Source of the DNA: a virus
Taxonomy: Duplodnaviria; Caudoviricetes
Length of the DNA stretch: 64,000 nucleotides
Reading direction: 5' to 3' (one strand)
Virus record (IMG/VR): IMGVR_UViG_3300002220_006617
Span: 1-64,000 of that record
The position numbers were made by a program, and so were the translations under genes. The notes under the pieces are model-generated. The model saw only the letters and a program-made list of their open reading frames with translations, was not told the origin of the DNA and did no database searches. This document shows positions 58,037 to 64,000 of the stretch, in pieces (positions within the stretch are counted from its first letter, which is position 1; each line of letters opens with the position of its first letter).

Positions 58037-58456
58037 ATGAGCTATTACCAGCAACTTCAATTCACGAACGTACAAATAACCCCCGACAACTTCCGCAAAT
58101 TACGGGATGCAATCCGAGAAAACCCGCCAGATCTCGACAGGTTCAACATCGGTACCCCCGGAAACCTTGGACTCAGTTGTTGGGATTTCAACCAAGATAC
58201 CGGGCAGTCCGACAACATCGATGTCGAATTTCGACAGAGCAAAGCAACAGACTACGACTGTCTGATCATGGACTTCATCGCCCCATTCGTTGTCGATAAC
58301 AGTTACATCGAAATGCAGGGCGAAGACCGGGACTACTGGCGCTGGACGTTCATTGGCGGCAAATGTTACGAGACGTACGGTGAACTCATCTGGCCCGATC
58401 CGGTCATTGACCCCCCGGCAATGGGGTTTGTCAAAGGGACCTGGGTACCGGTATGA
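58037..58456 (+). CDS. hypothetical phage protein
   Basis: IAPFV..SYIEMQGED..WRW. Confidence 0.7.
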   Translation: MSYYQQLQFTNVQITPDNFRKLRDAIRENPPDLDRFNIGTPGNLGLSCWDFNQDTGQSDNIDVEFRQSKATDYDCLIMDFIAPFVVDNSYIEMQGEDRDYWRWTFIGGKCYETYGELIWPDPVIDPPAMGFVKGTWVPV

Positions 58457-58686
58457 CAACCCACGATATCCCGGCAAGATTACTCAAACAAACCCTACCA
58501 AAACACCTGATATCCGTGCTGGGAACCGAAACCGTAACCACCCTCTGTAAAACACGGTTCTACAAATACCGGGTCCGGAACAAACGATGCCCGAAATGTG
58601 GATCCTCCTCAACATATTACCGTTCAATAACACGAGACATAAAATGCTGCAGTTGCGGAACCGTCAGAACTACCGCAAAACGGTGA
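58453..58686 (+). CDS. Zn-ribbon protein
   Basis: CPKCGS...CSCG. Confidence 0.6.
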   Translation: MTTHDIPARLLKQTLPKHLISVLGTETVTTLCKTRFYKYRVRNKRCPKCGSSSTYYRSITRDIKCCSCGTVRTTAKR

Positions 58687-58690
58687 AACC

Positions 58691-58882
58691 ATGAACCTCA
58701 AACTCAAAAACCGGTACAAACCGACCGGCAACGGCAAAGTTATTCCCGGAAAATGCCTGCACTGTGCCAACCGGTCAGTATACAACTGCACCGGTTACGA
58801 CAACAAACGTTGTGAAACCGTGTGGCAAGTCCTCTGTTTCCGTTCATATTCCCACCTGACAAAAATAGGAACAAAATCATGA
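58691..58882 (+). CDS. Cys-rich small protein
   Basis: ORF. Confidence 0.5.
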   Translation: MNLKLKNRYKPTGNGKVIPGKCLHCANRSVYNCTGYDNKRCETVWQVLCFRSYSHLTKIGTKS

Positions 58883-58967
58883 CCAAACCAGAAACCAAAA
58901 ACATGTTATTTCTCATCACCCGCCAGGCAATCAACGAACACCGCAACAACCATCCGGGGGGATATTA

Positions 58968-59327
58968 ATGAACCACATCAGGCATTTTGTAGCCGGAGTT
59001 GATGATTTCGACTTCTACATCCTTGATGCAGATATAACCCGGGCGAGTCTTCGTGACGGGGCAGAGTTCAAACGCTGTTTCGGGCTTGCACTCACCCGGT
59101 TTGTCCGGGACACGTTCAACCAACAGGAAATACGCAAAGCCCAAACCGAAGGTTTAGAGCTCGAACCCGCAAAAGATTATATCACAAGCCCGGTATTCAT
59201 ACGTGAACTGATATTAATGGGTATCAAGAACCTCAAGATTGTCCACCTAACTGCCATGGATACCGATGAGTGGGCATCTGAAGACAACCTCATCGATGAC
59301 GACCTGTTACCTCCCATCATTGAGTGA
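58968..59327 (+). CDS. hypothetical protein, paralog of 50602-50985
   Basis: shared motifs. Confidence 0.65.
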   Translation: MNHIRHFVAGVDDFDFYILDADITRASLRDGAEFKRCFGLALTRFVRDTFNQQEIRKAQTEGLELEPAKDYITSPVFIRELILMGIKNLKIVHLTAMDTDEWASEDNLIDDDLLPPIIE

Positions 59328-59341
59328 CATCCACTTATAAC
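59323..59341 (+). promoter_or_regulatory. AGTGAC-N5-TATA promoter
   Basis: AGTGAC atcca CTTATAAC, 25 nt before ATG 59367. Confidence 0.7.
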
Positions 59342-59366
59342 TCCGACAGGTAAGGTTATCTCTACT

Positions 59367-59786
59367 ATGAGTGGAAACACGTTCATGGACGACCTCAAAG
59401 CGTCCCAAGTAAAGGTAGCCAAAGTCCCGCTGGCAGGAGGCCTTGCAAACGCATTCGCCTTCGCTTGGAAGAATCCCGAAGAGACTGACATCATTGTCCA
59501 AAAAGTCGTTGTAGACATCACGACTGAGGGTGTAACCGCAACTTCCGTCATTGACATTGGTGTCGGTGCAACGGCCACCACGGCATCCAATACGATCATC
59601 GACGGCCTTCCGGCAACAGCCCTGAAAATCGCTGACAACATCACGGACAAAGGCACATCCGGCACGGGCCTTGCCCAGCGGGTCAACAAAGTCGGCGGCA
59701 CCAGCGCATTCATCACCGGCCAGATCCTTGTAGCCAATGCAGCAGCTCTTGCCGGCAACGTCTACATCGAGTATCTCAAAGTATAA
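59367..59786 (+). CDS. putative capsid decoration/virion protein
   Basis: Ala/Thr/Gly-rich beta protein, WKNPE, IDIG, GNVYIEY; T-rich terminator follows. Confidence 0.65.
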   Translation: MSGNTFMDDLKASQVKVAKVPLAGGLANAFAFAWKNPEETDIIVQKVVVDITTEGVTATSVIDIGVGATATTASNTIIDGLPATALKIADNITDKGTSGTGLAQRVNKVGGTSAFITGQILVANAAALAGNVYIEYLKV

Positions 59787-59880
59787 CCCCTTTCAACCCT
59801 TTCTTTTTATTTACTCAAACACCTAAATAGTGAAACAGCAATCCCTGGCCAGCAACCCGGGATCATCACAGGCGACAACC

Positions 59881-60444
59881 ATGTTACCCGACAACAAGAC
59901 CGTATGGGATCTCGACGGCACGATCCTCCTCTCATGTTTCAACGATCCCTGTTGGAACGAAGCCGTAAAGTTAGTTAAAAAACCAGACGAACTCACCCGG
60001 TTTGCAACCTTCCATCCCGGGATTAATCGGGCTGATATCCAGATGATCCTAACCGCCAGGCACCTGCAGACCATGAGTTACCCAACGTGGACTCAACTCC
60101 GCGATCACGATCTGCTTCATACCAGGACTATCCTCAACCCCAACCTCGACGATCATACCAGTGCCCAGTTCGCCAGGTTCAAGATCAACTGGTGCAACCA
60201 ACACTGGCCGGACTATTACGTTGACGACGACCCGGTCATCTGCAACCTGATGCAACCGCACCTGATGCATACCCGGTGTGTAACCGTAGAAGAATGGTAT
60301 CAAATCCACAATCCCCCTTCTCCCCCAGGTTTCCCCTGGGCCCCTTCCTCCCCCCTCAACCCCGTTGAAGGAGCCAACCGGAAGGTCCGGGACCTTGCAG
60401 CGGCCCTGCTCAGGTGCCAGATAAACCCAAAGGTGCCAACATGA
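59881..60444 (+). CDS. HAD-superfamily phosphatase (PNKP phosphatase-like)
   Basis: WDLDGT, ILTAR, K, YVDDDP. Confidence 0.8.
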   Translation: MLPDNKTVWDLDGTILLSCFNDPCWNEAVKLVKKPDELTRFATFHPGINRADIQMILTARHLQTMSYPTWTQLRDHDLLHTRTILNPNLDDHTSAQFARFKINWCNQHWPDYYVDDDPVICNLMQPHLMHTRCVTVEEWYQIHNPPSPPGFPWAPSSPLNPVEGANRKVRDLAAALLRCQINPKVPT

Positions 60445-60845
60445 GGACCACATCACTCGTCGGCGGATCACCGGTTAATGTAGACTACGAAACCTGTGTC
60501 ATCTGTCACGCCCCAACCGGCCGGGCAGGTAAAAATGAAGATTCTCTCTATGATCGGGACCGCGGCCCGTTCTGTGAAGACTGTTTCGAAGAATACCACA
60601 AAACCCGCAAGAAAATGCAGGACATGTACCGGGCCATTTTCACAGCCATCCGCGAACTCGATCAATTCTGCATAACCCAGGATTATTTCTCCTGCACGGA
60701 ATGTCCTATCGGGTTCGGGTCCATGGACTTCTGCAAAAAGAAATCCATCAAAGGCGAGCTAGAACACCAAGCCCACGCAATCCCTCGCAACACGTACACG
60801 GGCTGCCCGGCCCGTGGTATAAACAACTCAGCATCTTTCCCGTGA
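60441..60845 (+). CDS. Zn-finger protein
   Basis: CVIC, CEDC, CTECP. Confidence 0.6.
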   Translation: MRTTSLVGGSPVNVDYETCVICHAPTGRAGKNEDSLYDRDRGPFCEDCFEEYHKTRKKMQDMYRAIFTAIRELDQFCITQDYFSCTECPIGFGSMDFCKKKSIKGELEHQAHAIPRNTYTGCPARGINNSASFP

Positions 60846-61310
60846 ATCAACATGACAAAACCACTCTTCAAAAAAGGCGACAAGGTCAGAAAACTGGTCG
60901 GCAGTCTGATCTATACCGTCACCAAAGTCACCAAGAACAAAGTCACGTTCCAATACCGGGACAACACAACGGAACACGAAATTGACGAAAAAAATCTCCG
61001 GGCGGTCTGACCATGAAAACCATATCAGGATTCCGGAAAGGCGATCAAGTCCGATACATCAACCATGCAGAATTCATCGATGAAACCGGGGTAGTCACCA
61101 AAGTCGATGGCAACTGGATCAATGTCCAGGTCGGCAAAGCACTCAGCAGATATCCGGCCAACAAACTCCAGAAGGTGCCATTATGATCCTCTACCTGATC
61201 CAACTGACAATACTCTCGGTCCTGGCTGTCATAACCATATCCATGATCGGATTCCTTGTTGGCATGGCTGCCTGCTGGCTTGACCGAATCTGTTCAGAAA
61301 CATATTCCTG

Positions 61311-61619
61311 GTGGTCGTAATGCTCAACGAATGCCAGAAAGAAGCAGTCATCGCAACCATCAAGGATGTAATGTGGGGGATACTATTGGCAATCGGGGCG
61401 ATCCTCTGTTTCCTTTTCGTAATGATTGTGCTCCATGCCGTCGGGATGATGATAAGTAAATGGTTTCCGCCGGCAACAATCGAAATTCCCGGCCGTATCG
61501 TGATATTCGGAATTGTAGGCGTAATAATCCTTTACGCAGGGGTGGTGGCAATAAGAAGACAGTATACCCGGAACTTCGAACACTGCCGGTGGATGCAGGA
61601 ACAGGGAAAATCGCCATGA
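61311..61619 (+). CDS. membrane protein, 2 TM
   Basis: hydrophobic helices. Confidence 0.6.
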   Translation: MVVMLNECQKEAVIATIKDVMWGILLAIGAILCFLFVMIVLHAVGMMISKWFPPATIEIPGRIVIFGIVGVIILYAGVVAIRRQYTRNFEHCRWMQEQGKSP

Positions 61620-62341
61620 CCGACATCTGCAACCTCGGCGGATTCATATCCCTGAGCACCCTGGACTGGCCCGGCCGATCAACATCAGTTATCTTTCTCC
61701 GCGGCTGTCCCAACCGGTGTCCCGACTGCCACAACAAACATCTGGCACAGGAAGGCCCAACCGTCCCGATGACTGAAGTCTTCGAACTCCTTCAACTCTC
61801 AGTCCCATTCGTCGGCGGTGTCGTAGTTTCCGGCGGTGAACCCACCAAACGCCTTGAAGAACTGACCCGTATCCTCGAGTACGCTCACGATATCGGGCTA
61901 CAAACCCGGGTCCAGACCAGCGGGATCTACCCGGCCAACATTGAAAAACTTATCGACCGGCAACTCGTTGACTCAATTGCCCTCGACTTCAAAGTCGAAC
62001 TCGGCCGGATAGACACGATCCTCCCGAAAAATATACCCTATTCCGCGGTCCCGCAAACTCTCAAAATCTGCGAGATAGCCCGGGCCTCCGGAACACTGGA
62101 TGATTTTGAAGTGGTCCACACCATTTTCCCGTATTACGGTCACGACCGACAACTATCCCACATCTCAAACTACGTCGATAGAAAAACCAAATTCATACTC
62201 AACCAAGGCCAACCGCTCAACCCGGTCCATTTACCATTAGATCACGACCGGCTCTGCGAACTCACATCCACGTTCGTACGGCAACCGCTCCGATACGTCA
62301 GATCAAAAGATAAAGGACAGGTGTTTGTCAAAAATGTGTAA
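61616..62341 (+). CDS. nrdG: anaerobic ribonucleotide reductase activase-like radical SAM protein
   Basis: STLDWPG, GCPNRCPDCHN, VSGGEPT, IALDFK. Confidence 0.88.
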   Translation: MTDICNLGGFISLSTLDWPGRSTSVIFLRGCPNRCPDCHNKHLAQEGPTVPMTEVFELLQLSVPFVGGVVVSGGEPTKRLEELTRILEYAHDIGLQTRVQTSGIYPANIEKLIDRQLVDSIALDFKVELGRIDTILPKNIPYSAVPQTLKICEIARASGTLDDFEVVHTIFPYYGHDRQLSHISNYVDRKTKFILNQGQPLNPVHLPLDHDRLCELTSTFVRQPLRYVRSKDKGQVFVKNV

Positions 62342-62458
62342 CGAGCGATCGCCTCCCACATCCGATCGCAAAAACTTTTTACGGTCCTGTATCTACCGGC
62401 CGACCAACCTTTGCATCGATTGCGGAGACTGCCAATATGATCCTGATCGGAGAACAGT

Positions 62459-62671
62459 ATGTACGAAGAATTACAGTTAAGAAACATTGCCCGGGTCAAC
62501 GCCAACGTAGCCTGCGCCTTAATACGGCTGGAAGGCATGAAAGCTGAAAATGCCCAACGAGCAATAACCGGCGCACCCCCAGCATATACTGAACATCAGT
62601 TCAACCAGATTATCCTTGATGAAGAAATCGGTTACAACGCCGTACTCGCAACATTACAAAACGGACTTTAA
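62459..62671 (+). CDS. hypothetical protein
   Basis: GMKAEN.QR...PAY.E..F. Confidence 0.65.
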   Translation: MYEELQLRNIARVNANVACALIRLEGMKAENAQRAITGAPPAYTEHQFNQIILDEEIGYNAVLATLQNGL

Positions 62672-62673
62672 CC

Positions 62674-62898
62674 ATGTCAAAACGACCTGCCATCTTACCC
62701 CCGGAAGCCCGCAACCCCCGGGATTCCGAACTCACCCGCCGCTGCAAATGCGGAGCAATCATCGAACTCAGCCAGACGATCTGTGAAACCTGTCGCTGGA
62801 AAGACCATCTCGAGAAACGTGCCGAGAGAACCCTGGAGAACATGTCAGCCTACTACCGGGCAATCCCTAAGAACCGGTTAGCTGCCGTAACATCATGA
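62674..62898 (+). CDS. Zn-finger protein
   Basis: CKCG...CETC. Confidence 0.55.
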   Translation: MSKRPAILPPEARNPRDSELTRRCKCGAIIELSQTICETCRWKDHLEKRAERTLENMSAYYRAIPKNRLAAVTS

Positions 62899-63031
62899 CC
62901 GACACTGTCTGCACTACATTCGAACAGACTCCTCACGGCCTGCAGCTCTGTCATTCTGACTACTGTATCCATTCCCGCAATCCCGGCATAACCTGCCCCA
63001 TCAAAGACCAACTCAAAAAGAAACGATATCC

Positions 63032-63403
63032 ATGACCCGCATCACTACCTCCACGGCATCGCCTGCAGAACCCCAGAAATTTGTCATTATCACCCGGCAC
63101 CAGGGCGTCATTGACTGGTGTACCAGTAAAAACATCATTGGCAAATGTATCAAACATCTGAACCCTACAGACATTGAATCCAATGTAATCTACGTCGGAA
63201 TCGCCCCGCTCCCGTTAATTGAAAAAATCCTCAAGAACCGATCCCGGTTCTGGATGGCAACCGCCCCCCTCAACCTCAATTACCGGTATGAAGAACTCAG
63301 TGCTACCCAGCTGAACGAAATGGGTATGATCCTCAGGGAAGTCTGTTACCTGGAAACCATCCCGATCAACTATCAGTTCCCCTGCATTCTCGGTGCATCA
63401 TGA
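63032..63403 (+). CDS. Csx16-like protein
   Basis: IITRHQGVIDW..HL..VG..PL..ELS..L..MG. Confidence 0.65.
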   Translation: MTRITTSTASPAEPQKFVIITRHQGVIDWCTSKNIIGKCIKHLNPTDIESNVIYVGIAPLPLIEKILKNRSRFWMATAPLNLNYRYEELSATQLNEMGMILREVCYLETIPINYQFPCILGAS

Positions 63404-63651
63404 CGAAAACCAATTTTCTCCATATCAATCTTCCTGAACACGGAGATTATAACTGGGGCTGTAAACTCAACAAAGCCATTACAACAATCGACCAGGAGAT
63501 CATGATGCTCTATGACCGTGCATCTGGCAACTGGAACCATACAGACGAAGCACTCACCCGGACAAAAAGAACAATGAACCGGGTATTGTTCCTCGAACTC
63601 CTCATTCTGATCTACAACATCGCATTAACCGTATTGGTACTCACAAAATGA
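63400..63651 (+). CDS. C-terminal TM protein
   Basis: INLPEHGD.NWG.KLN; hydrophobic tail. Confidence 0.55.
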   Translation: MTKTNFLHINLPEHGDYNWGCKLNKAITTIDQEIMMLYDRASGNWNHTDEALTRTKRTMNRVLFLELLILIYNIALTVLVLTK

Positions 63652-64000
63652 CCGGAAAACTCATTGCATTTGAAGGAATTGACGGAAGCGGCAAAACCAG
63701 CATTCTGTCAAGACTCTGTAAAGAATACGGGGACAACCCGAAATACCAGTTCTCAAAAGAACCCACGCGGTCTAGTACTGGGGACGCCTGTTACCAAGCC
63801 ATCAACAGTGGCGACGAGATCCTCGCAGCCCTGGCATTTGCCGTCGATCACCGCTGGCACATCAAACACGTCATTGAACCTGCACTGGCCGCCGGCAACC
63901 ATATCTTCACAGACCGGTACATCCACAGCCACTATGCTTATCAGGTCCAGACACTCGAGAACGATCCCGATCTCGACGCCAAAAACACAAGCCCTATAGA
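63648..64000 (+). CDS. tmk: thymidylate kinase (3' truncated by window)
   Basis: MTGKLIAFEGIDGSGKTS, KEPT, IEPAL, FTDRY..S.YAYQ. Confidence 0.93.
   Translation, partial: MTGKLIAFEGIDGSGKTSILSRLCKEYGDNPKYQFSKEPTRSSTGDACYQAINSGDEILAALAFAVDHRWHIKHVIEPALAAGNHIFTDRYIHSHYAYQVQTLENDPDLDAKNTSPI

Noticed and set aside
220-63999. Most minus-strand and alternate-frame ORFs, including 63664-63999
   Set aside because: Shadows of motif-bearing + strand genes; the real gene at the window end is tmk in another frame.

Overview
Segment of a large archaeal tailed-virus (Caudoviricetes-like) genome, nearly all genes on the + strand. The archaeal assignment rests on MCM, PCNA, Orc1/Cdc6, TATA-type promoters and a BHB-intron tRNA; a methanogen (Methanomicrobia-like) host is an inference. 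The window holds replication genes (MCM, ERCC4 nuclease, PCNA, Cdc6 with a likely origin, RNase HI, Tmk, NrdG-like), packaging genes (TerS, TerL with a class-3 mini-intein, HNH, portal), scattered virion genes, two DNA methyltransferases, a TGT/DpdA-like protein and an RNA-repair set (RtcB, Rnl2-type ligase, class II CCA enzyme, NTase, HAD, kinase). Least explained: (1) nine dispersed, same-strand, covarying ~55-65 nt hairpins (GGGTAACCCC..TGAT..GGGGATACTCC) at gene-block junctions; (2) a 2.1 kb non-coding locus of normal and aberrant tRNAs interleaved with large structured RNAs, including a ~265 nt RNA with tmRNA-like tRNA ends; (3) a viral Ubl-E1-JAB-E2 ubiquitin-like system with non-canonical residues; (4) an AGTGAC-N5-TATA promoter class. 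All calls are by eye from motifs and base pairing; no searches or folding programs were run.
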